DNA from: Bryobacterales bacterium
GTDB lineage: Bacteria; Acidobacteriota; Terriglobia; Bryobacterales; UBA6623
DNA length: 64,000 bases
Direction: 5' to 3'
Assembly: GCA_963422375.2 (NCBI GenBank)
Contig: OY729427.2
Location: 1,408,001-1,472,000, forward strand
Below the pieces are notes generated by a model. It saw only the letters and a list, made by a program, of their open reading frames with translations, was not told the DNA's origin and did no database searches. The position numbers and the translations under genes are program-made. This document shows, in pieces, positions 29,990 through 39,846 of the stretch (its first letter is position 1; each line of letters opens with the position of its first letter).

Positions 29990-31442
29990 CTGGCAGCCCG
30001 GAGGCGCGCGTCCGTCGCGCACCGCCGCCAGCAGCGTCCGGCCGGTCCGGGAAGCGGAACCAGCGCGGCGCGACCTGCAGCTCCCGGAACAGGGCGCGGC
30101 GCGTGACCGGCTGGCGCCGGCACTGCTGCCACAGCGCGCAGACGCACTGCAGCACGGCGCGGAGCGCGAAGGCGAACAGGTTCGGCACGGCCGGCACGTT
30201 GGCCGGCCCGTCCTCGCCGTGCCCGAAGTTGCGCTTGCAGTTGCGGCCGTGCCGCGCCAGGCAGTTGAAGCCCTCGTTCTCGATCTTCCAGCGCGCCCGG
30301 CCGGCCCGCGCGATCCGCTCCGCGTTGTCCGCGGTGACCGCGAGACCGGCGAAGAAGCTGCTGGCGCAGGTGCGCTTGCCGTCGCGCTCCACGGCGTACT
30401 CGATCCAAGTGCCCTGCAGGGCGTCGCGGCCCTTGCGCAGGGGCGCCGCGGCCGTCCGGCGGAAACGGTGCCGCTCGGACCGCTTGCCCTTCCCGCGCCG
30501 CGGCAGCCAGCCGGTCGAGCGCACCGCGCCGCTCGCCCGCCGGCTCTCCGGCACCTCGTGCAAGTGCTTGCGGGATCCGGGCTTGCCTACCCGGATGCAG
30601 TCCATGCCGGCCGCCGCGGCGGCCTCGCAGACCGGCTGGCAGCAGTGCAGGTCGTCGCCCGGCAGGACGGGGCGGCAGGCCTGCAGCCAGGCGCCGTGAG
30701 CGGCGAGCCAGCGCTTGGCGGCGTTGCGCTCGCAGTCCCGCTTGCGCTCGTCCTCGCTCATGTCGGCGCGGGTCGCGGCCGCGTCCTGCTGCGGGCGCGC
30801 GAACTCGGGCATCAGCGGCAGGACGGTGGCGTGGCCGTCGGCCACCGCGGTGGCCGACGGCCATGGTGCGGAAGTGATGCGGCCGGCGCTCGCTGCCGAC
30901 GCGCCGCACCGAGCACTGCGGGCAATGCACCCTGTCGGAGCGGTGGAACCGGACGCCGTCCGGAGCCGCCGGCAGGCGCTCGTCGAGGCGCTGGAAGGGC
31001 TCGAGCGCGCCCTGCGCGGCCACGGTTTCGAGGCACGGCCGGAACAGCGGGTCGAACGCGGCCGGGTCGCGGTCGTCGAGCAAGTTGCGGATCCGATTGT
31101 CGCAGGGGATGCGGCCCGCGCCCAACAGGGTCCGGCAGTTGCAGCGGGAGCCGTCCCGCTCCATGCGCCGCTGGAACTCGAGGAACGACTCGCACCGGGT
31201 GCAGAAGCAGGCCGGGGCGCAACCGGCGGCGTCGCTGACCTCGTAGCGCTTGTTGCTGCGACCCTCGCGCCGGTCGGGCAGGCCGGCGGCCGTCTCGCGG
31301 AAGGCGCTCGGCAGCGAGTCCAGGACATGGGGCATTCACCCCAGCCCACACATTCCGCAAGTAAAAGTCAAGTGCCAGACTGCCTTCGACACCTTTCTCA
31401 GGCACTCTGGAAATCCCAAGATGCCCAAATTGAGAATCGCTG
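29990..31442 (-). mobile_element. ISNCY-like transposase element, degenerate (frameshift near 30860)
   Basis: LPDRREG.NKRY, SFLEFQRRM, IPCDNRIRNLLD, HCPQCS, DCERNAAKRWL, GDDL.CCQP, GRARWKIENEGFN, NFGHG. Candidate terminus CAGCGATTCTCAATTTG starts at 31442; I could not locate the other end. Confidence 0.8.
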
Positions 31443-31641
31443 CCTCTCGGGCAATCCGAGCGGATCTCCGACTCCAGAGGTGCGACGGGGAGGTTCCGAC
31501 GCTGCCCGCCAACCTCCCCGACCATTGCGAGGGCCACGGCGACGCCCGGCGACGGCACGCTCGGACGCCCCGCCTGCTGATACGCTGGAGCCTAGGGCCG
31601 GCGGCGGAACGTCCTGCAAACGACCCTGGCCGTCGCGAACC

Positions 31642-32016
31642 ATGAACCTAGACTTCACCAAGTGCGACGGACTGGTGCCGGCGATCATTCAAGACCACCG
31701 TGACGGACGAGTGCTGATGCTCGGATTCATGAACGAGGCAGCATTCGCCAGAACCGTCGAGTCAGGCAGGGTGACGTTCCTGAGCCGCACGCGCAACACT
31801 CTCTGGACCAAGGGCGAGACTTCCGGGAACTACCTGCTCGCGAAACGCATCGAGGTGGACTGCGACCGCGACACGCTCCTCATCCACGCCGAGGCAATCG
31901 GCGCGGGCGTGTGCCACGACGGGTTCCGCAGCTGCTTCTACCGCGAGCTGAGCGGCGGTGACTGGGTGCGCCGCGAACAGCGGACCTACGATCCGGATCG
32001 CGTGTACGGCTCCTAG
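31642..32016 (+). CDS. hisI: Phosphoribosyl-AMP cyclohydrolase
   Basis: GLVPAIIQD, VLMLGFMN, LWTKGETSGN, DCDRD, CHDGFRSCF. Confidence 0.95.
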   Translation: MNLDFTKCDGLVPAIIQDHRDGRVLMLGFMNEAAFARTVESGRVTFLSRTRNTLWTKGETSGNYLLAKRIEVDCDRDTLLIHAEAIGAGVCHDGFRSCFYRELSGGDWVRREQRTYDPDRVYGS

Positions 32017-32036
32017 GGCGGCACTTCGCTCCGGCC

Positions 32037-33311
32037 ATGCTCCGCGTCATCTCCAGCCGCAATCGGGAGGCCCTGACGGCCCTTCGACGGCGTCGCGCCA
32101 GCCGTCTGTCCGATGCGGAGCGAGTCGTCGCGCCGATTCTCGAGGCGGTCCGGCGGCGCGGCGACGAGGCTCTCGTCGAGTTCGCGCGGGAGCTGGACGG
32201 ACTCGAGCGCGAGTCCCCTCGAGTCCCCGCCGCGACGCTGCAGGAGGCCCGCCGGGGGCTGCGACCCCCTTTCGCCGACGCGGTGCGCTTCGCCGCCGCC
32301 CGGATCCGAGCCTATGCCACGCGCCAGATGCCGGTCGAATGGATGGAGTCGTGGGAGCACGGCAGCCAGATCGGCCAGATCGTCCGGCCCCTGGACTCGA
32401 TAGGAGCCTACATTCCGGGGGGGCGCTACCCGCTGCCATCGACGCTGATGATGACGGCCGTCCCAGCCCTGGCCGCGGGCGTGGCGCGCGTGGCGATCGC
32501 GTCCCCGCGGCCGTCCGGCGAAACCCTCGGGACCGCTGCTCTGCTCGGGCTGGACGAGGTCTACGCCGTTGGGGGCGCCCAGGCTATCGCGGCTTTCGCC
32601 TTCGGCACCGAGAGCGTCCCGCGGGTCGACCGGATCGTCGGACCCGGGAACGCCTACGTCGCGGCGGCCAAGAAGCTGCTGGCCGGGGAGGTCGGCATCG
32701 ACTTCGTGGCAGGGCCCACGGAAATCGTGCTCGTGTTCGACCGAGGGGATGCGGGAGCGCTGGCCTCCGATATGCTGGCGCAGGCCGAGCACGACGTCGA
32801 TGCCGCCGCCGTCCTGCTCACGCCCGCGGCCGACCTCGCCGCCGAGGTGGCCTCCGAGATCGAGCGCCAGCTGCCCGCGCTGCCGACGCGCGCCGTGGCG
32901 GCCGAGGCGATCCGGCGCAACAGCGCCGCAGTCGTCACGAGCAGCCTCGAGGAGGCCTGCGACGTGGCCAACCTGTTCGCTCCCGAGCACCTCGCGGTGA
33001 GCGAGTCGGTGCCGCTCGCGGCGATCCGCAACGCCGGGAGCGTCTTCGTCGGACGCTGGAGCCCCGAGGCAGCGGGCGACTACGCCGCGGGGCCGAACCA
33101 CGTCCTGCCCACGGGCGGCGCGGCGCGCCTGCGCGGAGGCCTGTCCGCCGCGGATTTCGTCAAGGTCATCGCGGTGCAGAAGCTCTCGCGGGAAGGGCTG
33201 CAGGCGCTCGCCCCGGCCGTCACAACGCTCGCCCGGGCCGAGGGGCTGGAGGCGCACGCCCGGTCCGTCGAAATCCGCACCGGCCCGGCCGGTGGGGCCG
33301 GCCATGCCTAG
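32037..33311 (+). CDS. hisD: Histidinol dehydrogenase
   Basis: YIPGG, GGAQAIAA, IVGPGNAYV, AGPTE, AQAEHD, APEHL, GDYAAGPNHVLPT. Confidence 0.96.
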   Translation: MLRVISSRNREALTALRRRRASRLSDAERVVAPILEAVRRRGDEALVEFARELDGLERESPRVPAATLQEARRGLRPPFADAVRFAAARIRAYATRQMPVEWMESWEHGSQIGQIVRPLDSIGAYIPGGRYPLPSTLMMTAVPALAAGVARVAIASPRPSGETLGTAALLGLDEVYAVGGAQAIAAFAFGTESVPRVDRIVGPGNAYVAAAKKLLAGEVGIDFVAGPTEIVLVFDRGDAGALASDMLAQAEHDVDAAAVLLTPAADLAAEVASEIERQLPALPTRAVAAEAIRRNSAAVVTSSLEEACDVANLFAPEHLAVSESVPLAAIRNAGSVFVGRWSPEAAGDYAAGPNHVLPTGGAARLRGGLSAADFVKVIAVQKLSREGLQALAPAVTTLARAEGLEAHARSVEIRTGPAGGAGHA

Positions 33312-34365
33312 CGCTCCCGCGCCGCGCGAAGCCGTTCGGCGCATGGCGCCCTACAGGCCGCCGCTCGAGGGCCGCGGCGACAAGCTGCGGCTCGACTTCA
33401 ACGAGAACGTCGAAGGCTGCTCGCCGAAGGTCCTGGACGTCCTCCGCGAGCACGCTCGAGGCGGCTTCCTGTCGACGTACCCGGAGTACGCCGAGGCCCG
33501 CCGAAGGCTCGGCGCCCATCTCGGCGTGGGCGAGGACCAAGTGACGATCGGGGCCGGCACGGACGAGGTCATCAGCGCCGTGCTGCACGCCTACGTTGAC
33601 GACGGCGACGAAGTAGTCATTCCCAAGCCCTCCTTCAGCATGCTCCGCTTCTACGCGGAACTCGTCGGAGGGACGTCCAAGCTCGTGCCGTACCTGTCGC
33701 CGGACCTGGCGTTTCCGGCGGACGAGATCGCGAGCGCCGTGGGACCGCGCACCCGCGCCGTGTGCATCGCGACACCGAATAACCCGACGGGGGGAGTGAT
33801 GACGGTGCCCCAGGCGGAGCGGATCCTGCGCGCCGCGGACGGGCGCGCCGTCCTAGTCGACGAGGCATACTTCGATTTCCACGGCGAGACCATGGCGGAT
33901 CTCCTGCCGCGCTGGCCCAACTTGTTCGTGTCCCGCACCTTCTCCAAGGCGTACGGCATGGCGGGCCTGCGCATCGGGGTGCTGGCGTCCCAGGCCCAGA
34001 ACATCGCGGTCGTGCGCAAGGGCCAGTCCCCGTACGGCGTCAGCTCGCTGGCAGTCCGCTGCGCGATCGCAGCGGTCGAGGACAGCGGGTACGTGCGCGG
34101 GTACGTGCGCCGGGTCCTGCGGGCTCGCGAATTCCTGTGCCAGGCGTTCGACGAGATGGGCATCCGCTACTGGCCGAGCCGCGGCAATTTCGTGCTCTTC
34201 GAGCTGGGCGACCGGGCGAGAAGCGCCTGCGCCGCCCTCGCCGCGCGAGGGGTCCTCATCCGCGACCAGTCGGCCCATCTGCCCGGCACGGCCCGCGTCA
34301 CAGTCGGCCCGCTGGAGGCGACCGTGCGCTTCCTGCAGGCATTCAAGGAGGTGACCGGGCGATGA
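33304..34365 (+). CDS. hisC: Histidinol-phosphate aminotransferase
   Basis: LRLDFNEN, TPNNPTG, VDEAY, SRTFSKAYGMAGLRIG. Confidence 0.95.
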   Translation: MPSAPAPREAVRRMAPYRPPLEGRGDKLRLDFNENVEGCSPKVLDVLREHARGGFLSTYPEYAEARRRLGAHLGVGEDQVTIGAGTDEVISAVLHAYVDDGDEVVIPKPSFSMLRFYAELVGGTSKLVPYLSPDLAFPADEIASAVGPRTRAVCIATPNNPTGGVMTVPQAERILRAADGRAVLVDEAYFDFHGETMADLLPRWPNLFVSRTFSKAYGMAGLRIGVLASQAQNIAVVRKGQSPYGVSSLAVRCAIAAVEDSGYVRGYVRRVLRAREFLCQAFDEMGIRYWPSRGNFVLFELGDRARSACAALAARGVLIRDQSAHLPGTARVTVGPLEATVRFLQAFKEVTGR

Positions 34366-35039
34366 GAGCCGACATGCTTGTATTCGACATGGACGGCGTC
34401 CTCGTGGATCCGACCGAGACCTTCCGTAGAGCGCTGGTCGAGACGGTGCGCTACTTCGCCGGAGTGCGGCTGAGCCAGGACGACATCGTGCGCATCAAGA
34501 ACGGCGGCGGGTATAACGACGATTCCGACATCGCCATGTTCGCGATCCGCTCGGCCGGCGGCGCCGCCGAGCTGGACGAGGTGCGCGAGTTCGGGCACCG
34601 TCTGTACTGGGGCGAGGACGCGGACGGGCTGATTCGGAACGAGCGCTGGCTGGTGCGGCCGGGCGTGCTCGAGCGACTCGCCGCAAAGCGGCGCTTGGGC
34701 ATATTTACCGGGAGGGGCTCGAAGTCGGCGCGCCACACTCTAGGTCGCTTCTGCCCGGCGATCCGGTTCGACCCGGTGGTGACGAACGATCTCGTCGCGA
34801 GGCGCAAGCCGGCTCCCGACGGCCTGCGGTACGTTCAGCGGGCCGCGCCCGGCTCGGAAGTCGTGTTCGTCGGCGACAATGTGGACGACTGCCGGGCCGC
34901 GAACGGGGCCGGCGTCAGTTTCGTCGGCATCGCCTCCCCGGATACCCCCCGGCACGACGAGACCCGCGGCCTCTTCCGCCGGATGGGCGCGCTGCACGTG
35001 CTGGACAGCGTCAACGACCTAGAGGGAATCCTGGCATGA
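34362..35039 (+). CDS. HAD-superfamily hydrolase (candidate histidinol-phosphate phosphatase)
   Basis: FDMDGVL, FTGR, KPAPDG, VGDNVDD; translationally coupled between hisC and hisB. Confidence 0.85.
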   Translation: MRADMLVFDMDGVLVDPTETFRRALVETVRYFAGVRLSQDDIVRIKNGGGYNDDSDIAMFAIRSAGGAAELDEVREFGHRLYWGEDADGLIRNERWLVRPGVLERLAAKRRLGIFTGRGSKSARHTLGRFCPAIRFDPVVTNDLVARRKPAPDGLRYVQRAAPGSEVVFVGDNVDDCRAANGAGVSFVGIASPDTPRHDETRGLFRRMGALHVLDSVNDLEGILA

Positions 35040-35644
35040 GCGCCCGTCGTGCGGCGCATGTCGAGCGGAACACCCGCGAGACCCGCATCGCCGCCGAGCT
35101 GAACATCGACGGCGAGGGCCTCTACAACATCGGCACGGGCATCCGCTTCCTAGACCACATGCTGGAGACGTTCGCGCGACACGGGGCGTTCGACCTGACG
35201 CTGCAGGCCGAAGGCGACTTGGACGTCGACCAGCACCATACCGTCGAGGACTGCGGCATCGTCCTCGGCCAGGCGTTCGCCGCCGCGCTCGGCAGCAAGG
35301 AGGGGATCCTGCGGGCCGGGTATTTCCTCATGCCGATGGACGAGAGCCTCGCCGCGGCCGCCGTGGATCTGAGCGGCCGACCGGCCTTGGTGTACAGCGC
35401 GCCTAGCCCGTTCCAGATGGTCGGGGACCTCCAGGCCGAGCTGCTGCACGACTTCTTCGACGGCTTCGCGGTCCACTGCGGAGCCAACGTGCATCTCAGG
35501 GTGCTCTACGGCCGCTCGAGCCACCACCGCGTGGAAGCTCTGTTCAAGTGCTGGGCCAAGGCCATGCGCTTCGCCTGCAGCACCGACCCCCAGATGAGGG
35601 GCCGCCTGCCCAGTACGAAGGGGATCCTCGAGAGGGGCGCTTGA
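35036..35644 (+). CDS. hisB: Imidazoleglycerol-phosphate dehydratase (monofunctional)
   Basis: [42 protein letters not shown]. Confidence 0.96.
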   Translation: MSARRAAHVERNTRETRIAAELNIDGEGLYNIGTGIRFLDHMLETFARHGAFDLTLQAEGDLDVDQHHTVEDCGIVLGQAFAAALGSKEGILRAGYFLMPMDESLAAAAVDLSGRPALVYSAPSPFQMVGDLQAELLHDFFDGFAVHCGANVHLRVLYGRSSHHRVEALFKCWAKAMRFACSTDPQMRGRLPSTKGILERGA

Positions 35645-35645
35645 A

Positions 35646-36257
35646 GTGACCGCGGTATTCGACTACGGCGCCGGCAACCTGCGCTCGGTCTCCAATACGC
35701 TCGAAAGCGTCTCCGCCCCGTTCCGGATCGTCTCGGACGCCGCCGGGCTCGAGGCCGCCAGCCGCATCATCCTCCCGGGCGTCGGGCACTACGGCCAGCT
35801 GCTGCGGTCGCTGGACCGGCTGGGCGTCCGCGAGACGCTGGTCGAGCGAATCGCCGCGGGCGTGCCGTTCCTCGGCATCTGCTTGGGCCTGCAGGCTCTG
35901 TTCGAGAGCAGCGAGGAAGCGCCCGAGCGAGGCCTCGGAATCCTGCCGGGGCGCGTGACGCGCTTCCCGCAGGAAGCGCGCGTGCCCCAGATGGGCTGGA
36001 ACTGCCTCCAGCCCCAAGGGTCTCCGCGTCTCCTGCGAGGGACCGGAGCCAGCCCATACGTGTACTTCGCCAACAGCTTCTACGTGCCCGCGCCCGCAGC
36101 CGGAGCGGACGCCGCCGCCCTCTGCCGCTACGCCGGGCAGACGTTCTGCGCGGCCCTCGAGCGCGGCTGCATGTTCGGTGTCCAGTTCCACCCGGAGAAG
36201 TCCGGGCCGGTGGGCCAGCGCATCGTGCGGAACTTTCTCGGAGCCGGGCCTTGCTGA
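35646..36257 (+). CDS. hisH: Imidazole glycerol phosphate synthase glutaminase subunit
   Basis: [29 protein letters not shown]. Confidence 0.95.
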   Translation: MTAVFDYGAGNLRSVSNTLESVSAPFRIVSDAAGLEAASRIILPGVGHYGQLLRSLDRLGVRETLVERIAAGVPFLGICLGLQALFESSEEAPERGLGILPGRVTRFPQEARVPQMGWNCLQPQGSPRLLRGTGASPYVYFANSFYVPAPAAGADAAALCRYAGQTFCAALERGCMFGVQFHPEKSGPVGQRIVRNFLGAGPC

Positions 36258-37036
36258 CGAAGCGCATCATTCCGTGCCTGGACGTGACCGCCGGCCGCGT
36301 CGTCAAGGGCATCAATTTCGTCGGCCTGCGCGACGCGGGCGATCCCGTCGAGCTCAGTGAGCGCTACAACCGAGACGGCGCCGACGAACTCGTCTTTCTC
36401 GACATCACGGCTTCCAGCGACCATCGCGAGACGATGATCGACGTCGTCGAGCGCACCGCCCGCAAGGTCTTCATCCCGCTGACCGTGGGGGGCGGGATCC
36501 GCTCCGTGCACGATGCCCGGTCGATTCTCATGGCCGGGGCCGACAAGGTCTCGGTCAACACGGCGGCCGTGGAGCGCCCGGCCCTCGTCCGCGAGCTGTC
36601 CGAGGAATTCGGAGCGCAGGCCGTGGTGCTGGCGATCGACGCCCGGAGATCGGCGCCCGGACGCTGGAATGTGAACACCTACGGGGGGCGCAGGGACACC
36701 GGAGCGGACGCCGTGGCCTGGGCGCGCCAGGGAGAGGATCTCGGCGCGGGCGAGATCCTGCTGACGTCCATGGACGCCGACGGGACGCAGGACGGCTTCG
36801 ACTGCGAGCTGACGCGCGCCGTCGCCGCGGCCACACGGATCCCGGTGATCGCCAGCGGCGGCGGCGGCGGGCCCGGAGACTTCGTCCGGGTGCTCACGGA
36901 AGGCCGCGCGGACGCGGCCCTGGCGGCTTCGATCTTCCACTACGGCACTTATTCCTCCGACGCGCTCAAGCTGCTGCTGCGCGCGGAGGGCATCCCGGTG
37001 CGCCTGCTGGAGACGGAGGCGGCCGACCGGCCCTGA
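36251..37036 (+). CDS. hisF: Imidazole glycerol phosphate synthase cyclase subunit
   Basis: [49 protein letters not shown]. Confidence 0.97.
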   Translation: MLTKRIIPCLDVTAGRVVKGINFVGLRDAGDPVELSERYNRDGADELVFLDITASSDHRETMIDVVERTARKVFIPLTVGGGIRSVHDARSILMAGADKVSVNTAAVERPALVRELSEEFGAQAVVLAIDARRSAPGRWNVNTYGGRRDTGADAVAWARQGEDLGAGEILLTSMDADGTQDGFDCELTRAVAAATRIPVIASGGGGGPGDFVRVLTEGRADAALAASIFHYGTYSSDALKLLLRAEGIPVRLLETEAADRP

Positions 37037-37117
37037 CCGCGGCGAGCGCCCGCACCCTCGTCCCGTCCGGCGACGTTTCCCCCGCCAATAGCGCGGCCCG
37101 GGACTGCCGCGCCCACA

Positions 37118-37141
37118 ATACATAGCAATTCTATGTATAAT
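37118..37141 (+). promoter_or_regulatory. Perfect inverted repeat ATACATAG-N5-CTATGTAT overlapping a TATAAT box; probable PadR operator and promoter
   Basis: AT-rich palindrome at 37118-37138 in GC-rich DNA; TATAAT at 37136-37141; about 60 bp upstream of the PadR gene. Confidence 0.7.
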
Positions 37142-37197
37142 GGATCTAGGCATGGGGCCGCGGCGCGGCCCTGCCGAATTGGGAACGAATCCCGCCA

Positions 37198-37548
37198 ATG
37201 GACATCGGGAAGGACTTGGTGGCCGCGTCGTCGTCGCCGCTCGTGCTGGGCATCCTCGCCCAAGGCGAGAGCTACGGCTACGCCATCCTGAAGCGCGTGA
37301 GCGAACTGTCGGCAGGCAGGCTGCAGTGGAGCGACGGAATGCTCTACCCCGTGCTGCACCGGCTCGAGCGACTCGGTGAGATCGAGGGTCGCTGGGGCCG
37401 GGCCGACGGCGGCCGGCGACGGAAGTACTACCGGATCACCGAGCTGGGCCGACGGCGGCTCGCCGCGCGAAAGCGGGAATGGCAGGCCGTGGACGCGACG
37501 CTGCGGTCCATCTGGGAGTCGCAGCCCGAACCGAGCGGCGGGACGTAG
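37198..37548 (+). CDS. PadR family transcriptional regulator
   Basis: LGILAQGESYGYAI, GMLYPVLHRLE, RRRKYYRITELG. Confidence 0.93.
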   Translation: MDIGKDLVAASSSPLVLGILAQGESYGYAILKRVSELSAGRLQWSDGMLYPVLHRLERLGEIEGRWGRADGGRRRKYYRITELGRRRLAARKREWQAVDATLRSIWESQPEPSGGT

Positions 37549-37566
37549 ATCCGAACGGAGGACACC

Positions 37567-38946
37567 ATGGACGACGCAACAAGCGGGCCCGGGCGGCAGG
37601 CGGAAGAGCACATTGCCGCGTGGCGAGGCTACCTGCGGAAACACCGGGCGATCGACGAGAACGACCGCGACGAGCTGGAAGACCACCTGCGCAGCCAGAT
37701 CGCGGCGCTGGCCGAAGCGGGCCTAGCCGGCGACGAGGCGTTCCTGGTGGCAATCAAGCGCGTCGGGGCGCTGGACGCCCTTACGCGGGAGTTCGCTCGG
37801 GAGCATTCCGAGCGCATGTGGAGGCACTTGGTGGCAGGCGGCGCCTCCGCGGCGGACGGCGGCCGCGCGGGCCGGGTGGAGGTGCTCGCGGCCTGCGGCC
37901 TGGCCGTCGCGGCCGCGCTCTCCGTCAAGGTGCCGTCGCTGTTCGGCGTGACCTTCACGGACGGCAACGAAGCGTTCTACGCCCGCAACGCCAGCTTCTT
38001 CGCCCTCCCCTTCGTCGCGGCCTTCCTAGCCTGGAAGCGGCGCGTCGCGCCCAAGAAGATGGCCCTGGCGGTCGCGCCCTTCGCGGCGATGGCCCTGGCC
38101 ATCAACGCCTACCCGTTCGCCGGGGACAGCGCGACGCTGCCGCTCGCCGCGCTGCACCTGCCGATCGCCCTGTGGCTCGTAGCGGGCTACTGCTACACCG
38201 GAGGGCGCTGGGAAAGCAGCGCCCGGCGCATGGATTTCGTGCGGTTCTCGGGCGAGCTGTTCATCTACTTCGTGCTGATCGCCCTGGGCGGAGGCGTGCT
38301 GACGGGCGTGACCCTGGCGCTGTTCTCCGCGATCGGCCTGAACGTGGAGTGGCTCGCGCAGCGCTGGCTGGTGCCCTGCGGCGCGGCCGGGGCCGTGGTC
38401 TTCGCCGCGTGGCTGGTCGAGGCGAAGCAGAGCGTCGTCGAGAACATGGCGCCGGTGCTGACGCGCCTGTTCACCCCGCTATTCGCGGCGGTCCTGCTCG
38501 CCTTCCTCGGAACGGCCGCCTGGGCCGGCGTCGGCTTCGACGTCGAGCGCGAGGCCCTGATCGCGTCCGACCTGCTGCTGGCTCTCGTGCTCGGCCTGCT
38601 GCTGTACGCCGTCTCGGCCCGCGACCCGCGGTCCGCGCCCGGCCTGTTCGATTGGCTGCAGCTGACCCTCGTATGGTGCGCACTGCTGGTGGACGCCGCG
38701 GCGCTGGCCGCGATCGGCGTCCGGATCTCCGAGTTCGGATTCAGCCCCAACAAGGCCGCGGCGCTCGGAGAGAACGTGGTCCTGCTCGTCAATCTGGCGT
38801 GGTCGGCCTGGCTATACCTCCGATTCCTGCGCGGCAGGGGACCGTTCGACGCTCTGGCAAGGTGGCAGACGACGTACCTGCCGGTGTACTCCGCATGGGC
38901 GGCCTTCGTGGTGGTCGCCTTCCCGCCACTGTTCGGATTCTCCTGA
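37567..38946 (+). CDS. Permease-prefix-domain membrane protein
   Basis: N-terminal DELEDHLR...DEAFLVAIKRVG prefix domain followed by many TM helices; typical PadR partner. Confidence 0.8.
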   Translation: MDDATSGPGRQAEEHIAAWRGYLRKHRAIDENDRDELEDHLRSQIAALAEAGLAGDEAFLVAIKRVGALDALTREFAREHSERMWRHLVAGGASAADGGRAGRVEVLAACGLAVAAALSVKVPSLFGVTFTDGNEAFYARNASFFALPFVAAFLAWKRRVAPKKMALAVAPFAAMALAINAYPFAGDSATLPLAALHLPIALWLVAGYCYTGGRWESSARRMDFVRFSGELFIYFVLIALGGGVLTGVTLALFSAIGLNVEWLAQRWLVPCGAAGAVVFAAWLVEAKQSVVENMAPVLTRLFTPLFAAVLLAFLGTAAWAGVGFDVEREALIASDLLLALVLGLLLYAVSARDPRSAPGLFDWLQLTLVWCALLVDAAALAAIGVRISEFGFSPNKAAALGENVVLLVNLAWSAWLYLRFLRGRGPFDALARWQTTYLPVYSAWAAFVVVAFPPLFGFS

Positions 38947-38983
38947 GCGTCTGCCGGGACACCCGCCGGCGGCACCCGGTCGC

Positions 38984-38999
38984 GGGGGGGGGGGGGGGG
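38984..38999 (+). repeat. G16 homopolymer tract
   Basis: 16 consecutive G between the permease gene and hisA. Confidence 0.9.
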
Positions 39000-39047
39000 T
39001 AAGCTGGAGTCGTGCGGGGCGGCCTCCCGCGCCCCGCGAGCACCGCC

Positions 39048-39773
39048 GTGATCATCCCGTGCATCGACCTTATGGACGGCAAGGTCGTGCAGCTTGTCAG
39101 AGGCCGGGAAAAGGCCTTGGAGGGCGACTCGCCCGAAGCCATGCTCGAACGCTTCGCGGCTTTCCCGGTGATCCAGGTGATCGATCTCGACCAAGCGATC
39201 GGGCGCGGCTCGAATCTAGCCATCGTCAGGCGCATCGCCGGACGGACGCGCACGTGGGTGGGCGGCGGGGTCAGGAGCGCCGAGCGCGCCCGGGAGCTCG
39301 TGGACTGCGGCGCGGAGCGCGTGATCGTGGGCACGGCGGCCGTAGCGGCCGACGGACCCGACACCGCCTTCCTCGAGCGGCTCGATGCGGCCGTTGGCGC
39401 GCGCAAGGTCACGGTCGCGCTGGATTCGACGGGCGGCCGGGTCGCGGTGAAAGGCTGGCGCGAGTCGACCCGGCTGGCCGCCGAGAACGTGATCGCCCGC
39501 TTCGAGCCGCACTGCGGAGCTTTCCTCTGCACCTGCATCGACAAGGAGGGCACGATGGAGGGCACGGACATGGCCTGGTACCGTCGGCTGCGAGCGGCGA
39601 CGGATCGCGAGATCACGGCGGCCGGCGGCATCGCCACGCTAGGCGAGATCCGCGATCTCGCCGGGATCGGCATGCACGTCGCCCTAGGCATGGCCGTCTA
39701 TACCGGGCGCCTCGACCTCGGCGCGCTCGCCGCCCTGCAGACCCACGAGGAATCCCGTGGCCGACTGTCGTAA
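39048..39773 (+). CDS. hisA: ProFAR isomerase
   Basis: IIPCIDLMDGKVVQL, VIDLD, VGGGVRS, TCIDKEGTMEG, AAGGI. Confidence 0.92.
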   Translation: MIIPCIDLMDGKVVQLVRGREKALEGDSPEAMLERFAAFPVIQVIDLDQAIGRGSNLAIVRRIAGRTRTWVGGGVRSAERARELVDCGAERVIVGTAAVAADGPDTAFLERLDAAVGARKVTVALDSTGGRVAVKGWRESTRLAAENVIARFEPHCGAFLCTCIDKEGTMEGTDMAWYRRLRAATDREITAAGGIATLGEIRDLAGIGMHVALGMAVYTGRLDLGALAALQTHEESRGRLS

Positions 39774-39846
39774 CCTGAACTGCTGCGGACTCGCCTAAGT
39801 GTCTGAAACATGGCTCACAGGTGTCGCCAGTCGTGGCCGCCCCTGA

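Noticed and set aside
29190..29990. ORFs between the hsdM N-fragment and the ISNCY relic, and ORFs at 61460-62110
   Set aside because: No recognisable motifs; probably decayed non-coding sequence.
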